Below, in pieces: positions 12,434 through 24,100 of a stretch of DNA of 64,000 bases. Position numbers and translations under genes: made by a program. The stretch is from Rhodosorus marinus CCMP1338 (taxonomy: Eukaryota; Plantae; Rhodophyta), in the NCBI GenBank assembly GCA_029953675.1, contig JAMWBK010000006.1, positions 1,364,001-1,428,000 on the forward strand. Direction: 5' to 3'. Position 1 is the first letter of the stretch. Each line of letters starts with the position of its first letter. The notes beneath the pieces are model-generated. The model was not told the origin of the DNA. It made no database searches and saw only the letters and a program-made list of their open reading frames with translations.

Positions 12434-13349
12434 TGCTTCTTCCTCCTATAGTTCACATTCGCCCGTTCTTAGACGGAAACCTTGAAAGGCCTGAAAAGGG
12501 CTCTCTGGCAAAACCATCACACTTAGCATTCCCAAAGTGGATGTTCTCTGATGAGCTGTGGTGAAGTTGGAAGGAGTCCCTTCCTCGAAAAACTTCATGA
12601 GCACATTTGATGTCAGCTCCCGGTGGCGATTCGCCAGCGGTTTCGTTTCGTTGAGCTCATTGCTTCAGCTTGACGTTTCTGGCAGAGGCTGGCTATCACC
12701 GCCGCGGGTTTGATACCAATCAACTGTTCAGCTTAGTCCACACTAGATTCGGGCATGGACGTGACCGCTTTCCGCCGTGTTCGTACACGAATAGTCTGTC
12801 TATTGGAAGAATGCCAGGACCGTACACCAGTCAACTATCGCTTCTTTAAGAGTATGGACAGGCCAGAGACAGAAGGATCTGTGGGAAAACGTTGATTTTG
12901 TTGCAGTTCACAAAAGCTTTAAATATGCACAACCAGTTAATTTATTCTCCTCAGTATATCCCCGATCGCCTCGTATTAGGTCCCTGTCGTCTTTCCAGAG
13001 GCACAGGGAGAGTGCCGTTTCCGATTCAACGGGGATCCATTGCCAGGTGCCAAGGCCCCGGGTTTGCCCTGCACAGGCTCTAAAAATCATGGTCAGGAAG
13101 CTGACGCGGTGACAGAAGGTAGTTCTTGTCAAGCCATCCTTGACGGTCCGTGGCAACTCGCGCTTTCTTTCGCATGCAGACATCCTCCGCTGGTTTCATA
13201 TCCTTCCATGCCGATTAACAGTGAAGCAGCCTGCGCTTCGGGGGATTCTCGAGCACAGATCAGCTGCTGTTGAGAAATAGCAATCGCTAGGTGACCCTTC
13301 TTGATCGCTGTTGTAGCCGCATCAATATGACGCAAGTCACTCGACGATG

Positions 13350-14722
13350 CTAGGTGGATATTGGGTCTTCTCTCCCCTGATCAGTTTCCTTCGACGCTGG
13401 CTCAGCGTTGACTTTCTCCTCCGACTCTACCGGCTTTGTCTCCGACGGATTTTCCTCCTCCTCCGCAGAGACCTCACGTTCGGGTTCCGGGGACGCTGCT
13501 GGACTTTTCAGTTTCCCACCAGAGCGAAGTATTTTGAAGGCCTTGACTGTGGCATAGTATGAGCCAGTCTTTGGATCCTTGTACTTGGCAGGTAAACCTG
13601 TAACAACGCACATTGGCTGGACGGCCGCGGCCAATGTGGATTCCCTGGGGAATATATCTCTAGGGAGCTCCTCAGCAGTGAAGGAAAGAGTTTGCTTGCC
13701 GTCTCTAGAACGGAGCACAAGCCGCGGTCCCGGTTGTACTTTCTGCTTCGTTGGCGGTAGTCTAAGTTCCAGAGAAGGTCAGGAGCAGCAGTGTCAGTAA
13801 GAAAAATCTGCCTCTGGGAAACGCTCTGGACAGTCTTCAGGTCACGCTTCGTCCACAGTCGGGACCGGCGGAAGATGTTTTGCTGCTCGTCTCACGACGA
13901 TTCGGTCTTTACGCACCTCTTTTTTTCTTCTTCCAGACGAACAAGCTCAAGGTACGACGCCTTGTTGATCTCCTCAGTTTTGAGAGCTTCCTTCATCAGT
14001 TCCTCCTGAGTGAGCTCTCGCTCTTCCTCTCGGAACTGGTCCCTTTCTTCCTTCTTTATTCGCCGCTTCGTGTCCTCTTGCTCCCTCTCCCGGCGCTTCT
14101 GCATTGTCTGTGCCGATGCCATCTTCGTCGTCCGACGCATGCTCCTATTAAATACCTCCATCTCGATATTCAGTCCAGTCTTCCCTGCGAACGCGTCGAA
14201 AAGGAAGCATATGCAAATATTAGCTCCACCTATGAAAGGTGAAACCGTCAAAATTGGATTTCAGAGCTTCGAGACGCACGTGGTCTTCCCCCCGGTCGGC
14301 CCTTGCTAGGAGGATTCGCATTGTTCTTCCTGGTGGCAGCAGAGTCCTTATACGCCGTGTTCGCCTTTCGCTTCTTCTCTTTCACATCTTCCTCTACAGG
14401 CGCTGCTTCCACAACCTCGGGTTGGTCAAAATCTGAGTCAATGACATCCTTAGCAAGAAAACAGAAGATAAGACGAATCATTGCTTCAGCCGTCGGCAGC
14501 GGAGCTTCTTCTTGAGGCAAGCCGATGGACCAGATAAAAGGCCTCAAGGTACTTTCAAAAAGTTACCTCCGGCGGAGACTCATTCCCTTCAAAGCTTGCA
14601 TCATCCTCCTCATCAGCAAAAGCATCCTGGTTCCAGAACTCTTCATCTGCATCGAGCTCATCTCCCAACAAATCTCGCATCCGCTTCCCGCGAGTTGACC
14701 TGCTCGCTCTATTCAACTCCAT
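13350..14722 (-). CDS. VPS72: Vps72/YL1/Swc2 (H2A.Z chaperone subunit of SWR1/SRCAP/TIP60); 4 exons
   Basis: N-terminus RASRSTRGKRMRDLL..DEEFW, then DVIDSDFDQPE, LTQEELMKEALKTEEINKASY, and the YL1_C motif CVVTGLPAKYKDPKTGSYYATVKAFKILR. GT-AG introns restore the frame, e.g. 14449-14566. Confidence 0.92.
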
Positions 14723-15075
14723 TGATCTCCAAAAAAAACAGTAAAACAAAAAAATGCCTCTCCGAACTCGAAAAGCAAACGCTTCCAGCTCCACTCTCTA
14801 CATCAAGATGAGTCCATGTCGATTCCCAATCTCCGTCTAAACACAAAGTTGTCAATCGCTTCCAGAACAGCGCTCTTCTCTTTCTAGCATTTGTTTATTG
14901 AAGAAAACAGAGCTTTAGTGCTCGTCGATTTTCCACACTGTTGCTGTCGGTTCTCTCAGGACGAAAACATGCAGAACGCTTCCTGCTCCGCACATTGGAT
15001 CCGATCCCATCGCTCATCCTCTTCAGGGACGAATTTGACATCCGGTGCTCGCTAACGGCTGGCGAATGGCCGGAT

Positions 15076-15121
15076 GTGAATTACGAGCTCGTAATTCACT
15101 CGTAATTCACTCGTAATTCAC
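15076..15121. repeat. 24 bp perfect palindrome followed by two further direct copies of its 11 bp arm
   Basis: GTGAATTACGAGCTCGTAATTCAC (15076-15099), then TCGTAATTCAC at 15100-15110 and 15111-15121. Confidence 0.95.
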
Positions 15122-16172
15122 AGGAATTCTCCGCTTGTTGGTGAGCCCACTGCCTCTTTTAGAGATCTGAGTTACTTATTATGAATCTTCTCTATGGAAG
15201 AATCCGTCCGCACCTCACTAGTTTTCTTCAAGGCGCCGAACGCGTTCGGCAAACCCGCCTTCCGTGGGGAAAGGAAGGAGCGGGGGGGGCGGGGGTATGA
15301 CTGGATGTGAGTAGCGAGTGTTATCCTCTAGCTCGCGATTTCACTGATTCACTAAGAACTCTGGCATGTTCTTAATCATTGTCATCAATCAGAAAATATG
15401 TCCGTTCCTAACGCGCTACAGCAATGGCCCTTTTTTCCAGCGTTAGACCAGAATCTTCCTCTCACGGGGTGAGGTCGATAGCCATCGGCTTGACTGACGC
15501 TGGATAGAAAGATCTCAAGGATCTCAGAGCATTTTACGCGTGGTTGTCTGAGTTTGATGTCCCCCTTCATGCTCACTTCGAGCAGTTTTCTGTGAGTTTT
15601 CTTTGGAATGGCGTAATCAATAAGGCCTTTGTTCTTCAAGATCGATGGTGCTTCCAAGCGAGTCCAAGACCAAAACATTGAATCACGACGATTCTAAGGT
15701 TGAGAGTGAATCTTAACTAGTATCGAGGAGCGCTTTGACTGCAACACAGAGTTTCTTCTCAAGTGCAAAACGCAAGGGTGCTTTCTCCGACTCGTTCTGG
15801 TACGTGGAGACCCTCGGTTGGCAGGGCTGCAGATTCATTACCCTGGAGCAGGGTTTAGCAAGCTCTTGCGCACCTTACGATACTCTGTTGTCAGCAAAAT
15901 TACGTACAAGGCCGGATCAGGGAGCGCTGCTGCGGAGACGGTTGACTCCTAGGTTGGGTGCGGACTCTGAAGCAGGAGACCGTATGGACCACAACCCCGA
16001 ATCCAAGTACAGAGGCCTCTGGCGGAGACGAGGCGAACAAGAAGCTCGGACAATCGCCCAGACGCAGAAAAAGCAACAGAAACCATTGCCCAACGCTGGT
16101 CATGTGTGCAAGCTGGCCTTGCGACGCAGAGTAAACCAGTTCGATTATCGCCGCTTGAAAGAAGACGCCCTC

Positions 16173-16346
16173 CATCTAAGCAAAGACAAATTTCGGAGCC
16201 TGTCCCCGCCCTCAGAAGGATGATCTCAGAGTCATCAGACGAATGTGCAACCACAACAACTCATCTAAACAAAGACAAACTTCGGAGCCTCTCTGTCCTC
16301 GGAGGGATGATCTCAACGTCATCAGAGGAATGTGGCAACCACAGCA
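16173..16346 (+). repeat. Diverged tandem duplication, period about 89 bp
   Basis: catctaagcaaagacaaatttcggagcc...gatgatctcagagtcatcagacgaatgtgcaaccac versus catctaaacaaagacaaacttcggagcc...gatgatctcaacgtcatcagaggaatgtggcaaccac. Confidence 0.85.
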
Positions 16347-16404
16347 GACCAGAACTAATCCATGTCTAACAGAAAGATGCGGTCACGGTCAAGTGAGGAA
16401 CTCC

Positions 16405-16495
16405 AGTTTTACGCGGTACCCTCTAGAGAATTTTACACGTTTTACAACTTTTCTACACTTTTTTGCACTTTTTTTACTTTTTTGCACTTTTTACC
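16405..16495 (+). repeat. Motif AGTTTTACGCGGTACCCTCTAGAG followed by an array of CACTTTTT-like units (left flank of the transposase relic)
   Basis: Read directly; a related motif and array recur at 20461-20599. Confidence 0.8.
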
Positions 16496-16799
16496 CTATA
16501 TCTAAGGCCAACTAATCCTAGAATACTCCTTTCATGTACAGAGATTATCCATAATATTCCAAAAGCCTGTTCGGAAGAGATAAAATATGTCCTCTCCGTA
16601 GATCTAGAAGTTTTTGTTTTTGTTCACTGAGAAAATGAATAGCAAAAGTGGATCAATCAGTTCGACTGATGGCTGATTTGGAGGTTTCCTCAAGAGGGCA
16701 AACAAGACCGTTGATCACATCAGCTGACACCATGGAATTTTTTAATAGAAGGGCGTAAATGGCAGATGTCTTGTGAAAGTGGGAGAGGGGGTTGGCCCT

Positions 16800-19700
16800 C
16801 TGCTCAGGTAAAGAAAAGCAAAGTCAAGCAGGGCAAGATGTTGCAGATCACGGAGGTAAATTCAAGGGCTGCAAAGGAAGCCAAGCAGTGGAGGATCAAA
16901 CTGGGGTAGGCAACTAAGGCCGGCAGTCTCTTCTTCGGAGAAGTGAAAGCAATGTTGGCCAAAGGGGACCCATACGCACAGGTGTCGAAAGCAACGCTCT
17001 TCGTGCTGGATGGTATAGAGGTGAAGGGGGACCGGGCGACGAAGGCAGAAGTTGAAGAAATTTTCCAGAGGGAAGGTGTGGAGCGCCTAGAAGAGATCAT
17101 CAACAACAAGCTAGCGCTCCACCCGTGGAATGTCCCTCCTGGCCTCGTGAACGGTGAAGCCACAAGGAGAAGAGACGATCCTCAAAATCGCTGGGGGTTT
17201 CGAGGATCTGTGGGTAGAAACCCTGGAGGGTGAGCTATTTATGGGCGAAAATTTCTTGTTCAGCGATGAGTGTCTGAAGGAGGAGTAAGATTGCACCAAG
17301 AATTCATGAACGTTTGCACCGCCCCTAACAACATCATTCATCTCACAGGTTTTTTGTGGAGAAGGAAAACGTGAAGCGACTGCGGAAGCACACGGCTACT
17401 GAGCCACGCATGAAGCGAAAGCGGCAGGACCTCGACGGAGCTTCAAGGCAGAAAAGGGCGACGATCTCGCCAACGGTGAGAATGGACGAGGAGAAGTTGC
17501 GAGGCCAGGAGTCGAGACTTCTCGGAAAGAATTGCCTGGCTGCACGTTGCTGGGAACAGAACATATTGTATCGCAAGGTCATTGCTCTCAGAAGCGGCGA
17601 TTCCACATCCGGATTCCATCCGGAAGCATCTGAAAATTCTGGAAGCGCCGTGTCCTGAGGGTGTCATCTTCAGCAAGGACCTTCGTGTGGCAATCAATCG
17701 CGGGAAAATAGACCCATTGGCCCATGGCGTGAGCCAGTCGACGTCGCTTCTGATGCGACAGTACTGAGCGAGGGCTTGGGAGTAACCACCGACAAGAAAT
17801 TTGTATGTGGTAAAGTCCTTGCTTCAGACAAAGGTGGTCCAAGACGGGAGAGTTTCCCAGCGACGTCGATCGAGAGCCTGGAGGGCGCAATAAACTCGAC
17901 GCGGCCATTGGCCACGCAGGTTCACGTCTACATGGCGTGCAACCATGTTACGACCAACTTCCAGATTTACTACTTCGGCACAGCCGATACGATGTCAATG
18001 ACACCGGATGGAGGTTGGTTGTGCTCGCTCAAGAGCTTCCGCAACAAGGTATTCGGATAAGGAGCTACTCTGCTGATGGAGATTCATGAGAAATAGGATT
18101 GATGAAGGTCCTCTACGGTTTATCCACTACACAGAAAACAAAGGGAGCTCTAGGCCCCCCATTAAGGGAGCTCCGAAAGCTTTATGCCACTTTTGCAGGG
18201 GTGGCCACGAAGCTCTCCTGGTTCAAGGGGATGTATTGCGTAAACCTCCTTGGGAACCAGGACGGGTTTCATGGTCTATCCAAGATGCGGTGCAGGATAA
18301 TTCATGAGTCGGAAATCCTTCTAGTAGGTAACAATATCGTCTGCCGCAGAATGCTTCTGGTTTGTTTTCAGAAATTCGGTTGTAGTGATACACCCGAATG
18401 GTACCGTTGGTAGACCTTCTGGGGATGGGCAAGCAGAATGTCTCCGCGGCCGAAAGGTTACAGAGCATGAAGGCGCAGGACTTTCTAGGAGACACGCTTC
18501 CGGACCCATTCAAGGGGCTGCAATTTGTTTTGCGCTTGATGTCCCGTTGGAACAAATCCACGACCAAAGCAATGCTTGTTCCGTTTGTGGAAGGGCACCG
18601 AAGTCGCTAGGAAACGTCATCCTCGGAAAATGTTCTCAGCACCTTTGCACTTTGTTCTTAAGGTTTGAGGCAGCTTTGACTTTGTGTTTATGTGCACGAT
18701 CCTGGCGAGCTGACAACCGTGCTAGACGTCGCGAAGAGACGTTCTCTTTCAGCCGAAACGTTAGCGAATGTTTCGAGATAAATCTAATCGAATTGAGCAA
18801 CTTCGCAGCCAGCCAGATGGCTGTTACGGGTGCACTCTTACCAACTCACAGCCGTGCGAGGAATTGTTCCGTGTACTGCGATACGGAGATGCCTCGTCCT
18901 TTCCGTCCAACCGAATTTTACTCTTAAGGGCATTGGACGTCGAGTAGCTAAGGCGAAGTTGAGATTCGCGTTGATGGAAACGGTTGAGGGGTCGTGTGGG
19001 GTGGAGTGGCTTAAAAACCAGGGGCAGTCTACCGCTGGGTCAAGAACCGCTGATCCGTGCAATCTTGTACGTATAGCCTTTTTTTTAATGTCTAATTCTT
19101 CCTATCACTATTGACCTAATGCGGTTGTAGCTGCGGAGGACTTCATTGTCGCAATTGACAATGCCTACGATGAAGCTAAGAAACTACTATCCTCTGTGGG
19201 ACTCACTATCGGTGAAGAGGATCATGGACGTAGTAGTTCTAGCTCGGAGGAAGGCACTAGAAAAGAGGTTGGAGAGAGCAAACAACCATCATGCGCTCCA
19301 CCTGAAGAGCAAATAACGGTGGACTTGGGCTCCGAAACCGAACCCGCAGAAGCGGACGTCTACAACCCAATGCAGTTGAATGAAGACAATTCGGCAGAGA
19401 TATCGAATGCGCGCTTACCTATCCGGAGCAAGTCCGGCACAGCTCAGGTATCTACCACCACCATTCTGAGCCACCTGGCGAAATCGAAGCTGGTCGGTTC
19501 CCGCGGATACAGGCAATAGACTGACCCGCCCACGCCGGTGAAGGACGTCTGTGGAGTCAAGCGTTCTGTAGAAAAGCTTGCAGTTGCAGAACTCCCTATT
19601 CAACGCAGACAGGATACGAAGGCAGAAGTTCGTCAGCATTGGAGATTTCTGTAACTTTTCAGTGCAACGCAAACAGTCAAGTGCTATGTTTGGCTTCGTA

Positions 19701-20000
19701 CTGGGTTTCAGAAAGAGATCTGACAGGGTGAAGGGGAGAGTTTACCTTGGTTCGGTCGCAGAGGCGAGCGGGGACGTGGAGGATTGCGTGCAGTTGTATG
19801 GACACGATCCCACCACAAACGCCAATGGATCAAAGCTCCGAAACAGACGTTCTTGAAAGGGTGCTCAACACCGCGGAGACTTCCCGGCAGATCTTGGGAC
19901 CCATGTCCCGATGAACAGTATATTGGGACGGTACCAATAAACTGCCTACAGATCAATGGTCTGCCGGCACCTACAAAGAGAGTCAAAGAGAGATCGTAAG
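16800..20000 (+). mobile_element. Degenerate P-element-superfamily-like (THAP9/Galileo-related) DDE transposase with stops and frameshifts
   Basis: Collinear motifs across shifting + frames: PHPDSIRKHL (17603), PVDVASDAT (D at 17752), LATQVHVYM (17908), SYSADGDS (D at 18075), QDGFH (D-x2-H, 18258), KQNVSAAERL (18431), NSQPCEELFRVLR (E at 18858), NFTLKGI..R and SLFNADRIRR. Order and spacing match the D..D..D(2)H..E signature of P-type transposases. Confidence 0.75.
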
Positions 20001-20163
20001 CTCGGAGGTAGTAGAAGACCGAAAGAGGTGGTCTCACCTGCGAGGACTTCAGGATTCTCTCACGCTTGTGAACAGAAATTTAAATCACAGATATATGAAT
20101 GATTTGCGACGTCAAAAAGAACAACAACAACAAGATCCATGTCCTCCTCCGTCTACCCGTTTA

Positions 20164-20197
20164 CGCCTGTTTACCTGCCCAGGCAGGTAAACAGGCG
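20164..20197. repeat. Perfect inverted repeat with 16 bp arms and a 2 nt loop
   Basis: CGCCTGTTTACCTGCC-CA-GGCAGGTAAACAGGCG. Confidence 0.95.
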
Positions 20198-20460
20198 AGC
20201 AAAGATCAGACCAGCTTTTTCTTCGCTTGTCTTGATCTTGTTCTTGCCTAAATCAGGAAGCATGCTTGAGGAGGTCGTCTATATCATTGATCGCCAATCC
20301 GATGCCTGCGTTCGGGATCCGTTCTGATTCCAGCGGATTCAGAGCGGGCTCCATCCACTTTATGTAGTTTTTCCCGGTAATTGTCTCACAACCCAGTGCT
20401 CAATGGCTTGTGATACATACCAGTGGTTTTTGAACTTGTCTGAGAGCATTTCGCTCAATC

Positions 20461-20599
20461 ACGTTTTATCCCTTTTATCACTTTTCAGCACTTTTACATC
20501 CTTTTTCTCACTTTTTATCGATTTTTCTCACTTTTTATCACTTTTTACACTTTTTATCACTTTTTTGCACTCGTAGTTTTTACGTGGTACCCCTCGAGG
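20461..20599 (+). repeat. Array of CACTTTTT(A)-like units followed by motif AGTTTTTACGTGGTACCCCTCGAGG (right flank of the transposase relic)
   Basis: About ten 9-11 bp pyrimidine-rich units, then a motif nearly identical to 16405-16428 on the same strand. Confidence 0.85.
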
Positions 20600-21114
20600 C
20601 GCCTCCTTGGTCGCGGGTATTGACTCGGTAGGGTGAGACTGACTTCAAAAGCTCCTGATGTATAAGAGAAGTCACTCCAGTGCTCCGGGCGATGCACCTC
20701 ACAGTGGAGGTTTTGTGAACCCTTCACACCGGTGTGCTACCAGTATCGCAAACACCACCTGAGAACCAGCCCCGTCCGGCGCGAGCGCAGTTCCGCTCCT
20801 GACTCTCCTCTTAACAGGGAAGCCAAGTATTGGCAGCTTTTAGTCCGATCGTTGTTCGTGGTGAAAGCTCTCCCAAAAAGCCAGTTCGATCGTTTTTCGA
20901 GGGGAAAACTTACAACTTTTGATGTGAAGCCATAACGTGGGCAGGAAGTTCCTACTACAACCAATCCTGCCCTCGCTCCCTGCTTCTCTATGTCCCGTGG
21001 GCTTTAGGTACGATTCCATTAAACCTCCCAATCCCAGCCGAAAATTGTCAAAATTCTCTTTTCTGCTCATCCTTGCTGGGAGAAAAGGAAAAGGCGCTCC
21101 TGAGTGCTTACAAC

Positions 21115-21153
21115 TCAGTAAAATCACCTATCATTGATAGGTCATTTTACTGA
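21115..21153. repeat. Inverted repeat with 19 bp arms (1 mismatch) and a 1 nt spacer
   Basis: TCAGTAAAATCACCTATCA-T-TGATAGGTCATTTTACTGA. Confidence 0.93.
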
Positions 21154-24100
21154 TTCTCATCAAAGATCAAGTCGTTCTTAAATAGTCTAGCTAGAAACTA
21201 AAACTAGCGAATCTGTGAACAAGGACCCGTAAACAGGATACAGGCCGATAGTAAAAGGAGAACTGCTCAGATCTGGATACAATAGTCCAACGTGACACTG
21301 CAACGATTCATTATAATTTTTTTTCTATTAGCTTCTTTCCGACTGCGCTTTTGTCATAAATAATTGAAAATTAGACTCGAGAACGCGTATCTTATTGGTC
21401 CAAGGTGCATTTCTTTTGTTATTGCTGACGTGAGTGAAAACAAACCCCTCGCGGGGTGGGCGAGGAAAAAAGAAGGAAACAAATCGACATACAATAAAGG
21501 AAAAAACAATGAAAATAGTGAAGAGAAACAAAACAGGGAATGTAGGAAAACATTTCTCAGGTTGTTTTTTGCTAATTTGGGTCAGGCTTCCGCTGTCTCC
21601 GGCCAAGGAGATGACAAGTGTTTGGCAAACAAGATGGCACATAGCGCGTGATATACTCCGGAAAAAGCCGGCAATGCGTGAGCAAAATATTTTTAAAACG
21701 GGAAGAGAATATATGACCAGACGGGACGGCAACATTTGAGCGAAAGGGGGGGGGGGGGGAGGCAGTGGTGTGCAACCACCCGATCTCTTCCACCATAAAA
21801 CTGCAAGTGACGCTTGTTTTTAGTTTTGTTTCGCCCGCTTTCTGGTAAGGTAGAGAGATAAGGGGGCCATTTGCGGGCGGAAAAAGGAAGGCGAGAGAAG
21901 GAAGCACAAAAGATGGTCAATCTACTCCTTTGATAGTCGCCGTCCAGTTTTCCTGTTCGTAGCATCAAGCTGAACATTCATCCACATGGTCGATGTAGGA
22001 TTGTCTAGTTCCATGTCATACTCTCTCTACGCTGTGAGATAGTGGTAGGATATCGAAATTCCCTCGCTGTAGTCAGCAAAATCTTTAGGCGCTGGGCTCA
22101 GGCCATAGCTGGACTTATACAGTTTGAACATGTTCTTATATTTGAATTAAAACCAACGGAAATGAGAATCTGACCGGTAAGACCCGGTCCCTCGGATGTT
22201 CTTATTTTATGTAAAAAGTTGCCTCTAACACCCGATCAAAGAACAAGGGAAAATGTCCCTTCTTTTGGAAGGGGAGGGAGGCATGTGGGATACGGGCTTG
22301 AAGGTTAGGGGGGTTGTGTGATGAAGGGCAGTTTTGTTTAGGGTGGGGTTGGGAACGTTGGTTAGCGACCCGGTGCGAACAGGTGAAACAAATCCAGCCT
22401 TGTGCTTCGTCAGAACAGCAACAGAGAACACTCTCCTCTTACCTGGCGGTGGTAGAATTGGCGATGTTCTGTTCTCTGCCTTTGAGGTAGGTAGGAAACG
22501 GAAACTCTTTGCCCAGACTGCCACTGTAGTCTGTTGGGTCCTCGTAAGAGCTCTCAACATCATCGCGCCCAGCTCAATGAGTCCTGGGAAGTACATTTTA
22601 TTGTCGACATTTGTACACTTGTCAAGTCCGTAGCGATTGTGTGCATTTAATTCGAGGAGAACCAGTGCAGAAGGGCATTCTGGTGCAACTCGTGGAGGCG
22701 CATTGCTACACCTTCAACGGTCTTCTGTGCTCCCCGGGCTCTTTTTCAGTCTCTGAATAAGCAAGTTTCATCCTCTTGGGACAGAATCAATTTGTTTCTA
22801 ACCGGTTCGCCGCACCAGGGGAGAAAATATATCGCAACTTTGACAAGTCAACGGCTAACGCACTGGTAAGAGTGATCTGACGAGCATACGTACAGGACCA
22901 TCCACTTCAGTAAAAATTTTCTGCTACAAATGCTCTAACAGTTAACCATACCAACCACCCCTTATCAAAACGCCAACGTGGAGATTGAACGGACTTGAGA
23001 GGACAACACATACTAAAATACTAAATTAAGAAACAGTCAGCAAATCAGGACTGCTGCCGAGAAACCCCGCAGGATCGCTCCTCTATTGCATTCCCCACCC
23101 ATTGTCGCCTCCGGGGCGCTCTAGCGGTAGGTTGGTTCTAGAAACTAGCTCTGCTGTACCAAATACTTTCCATTGAATTACAAATACCGAAATCCAGCTA
23201 AAATGCTTATTTCTTAGAAGATTAGTACCTTCCTATACAACTCCCAGCTTTTCCTACTCACGGACGGGACGCGACAACCATGTTACGCTTTTTCATTAAA
23301 AAAGAATTGGATTTCACATTTTATTTTGCGGGAATACTCAACAAAAACACAAGAATTTACGGATAATCTTTTCTGAAAATTGATTGGACGTGGACCAGCG
23401 GTGCTATTGGTCCACAGAAAGCGGACTATTGTATAACTAATGGAGGCGTCCACCGCTGACAAGAATTGATTGGAATTCAACTGAGCATAGGCGAATCGTA
23501 TCTTGTACTGGTCCGCGATTGTCGTCACAACCGCGCGTGTCCGTCACCTGTACTTCGGAAATTCCGGAGTGCTTTTTAGCTGGTGTACTACAAACCCGAA
23601 AGGGAAGTTTTGACTAGAGCAACACCAACTTCGGGTACCACAAGTCCCGAAACCTGATATGAAGTCAGTCCAGGTGTTCACGTGCTCGGTACTTCGGAAG
23701 GTGGTCTAGGAATTGGCCTGGTTCCATTGTTCACGAACGTAATTGGAGCGGAACTGGCTAGCTCCATCGAATTCCAGCTCCGTATACCGAACATGGAATA
23801 CGGTAAACTATTTAATTTGCGACGGGAAAGATCACCCTCAGCTAAATGGGGGATACCATATACTGGCTTCACACTTGCGCTCAAATGGAGATCCTCCAAA
23901 GATCGCAGGAACCGAAACCTATGGAGCATGTCACAGCGTTCAAGGTTGTACGGCAATCATGGGGAGACCTAATGGAAGGTTGGAAGGAAGATACTACCAT
24001 TAAACCCCACTGAAGCATCCTCTCCGTCGGGACGTGGATGAACTGCTGGGCAAGTGACTGAACCTCCTACGTTCCCATGCAGAAAGTCCTATTATTGAGA

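Noticed and set aside
12450-13340. Several short ORFs between GNB1L and Vps72
   Set aside because: Frames close quickly; more consistent with UTR/promoter sequence
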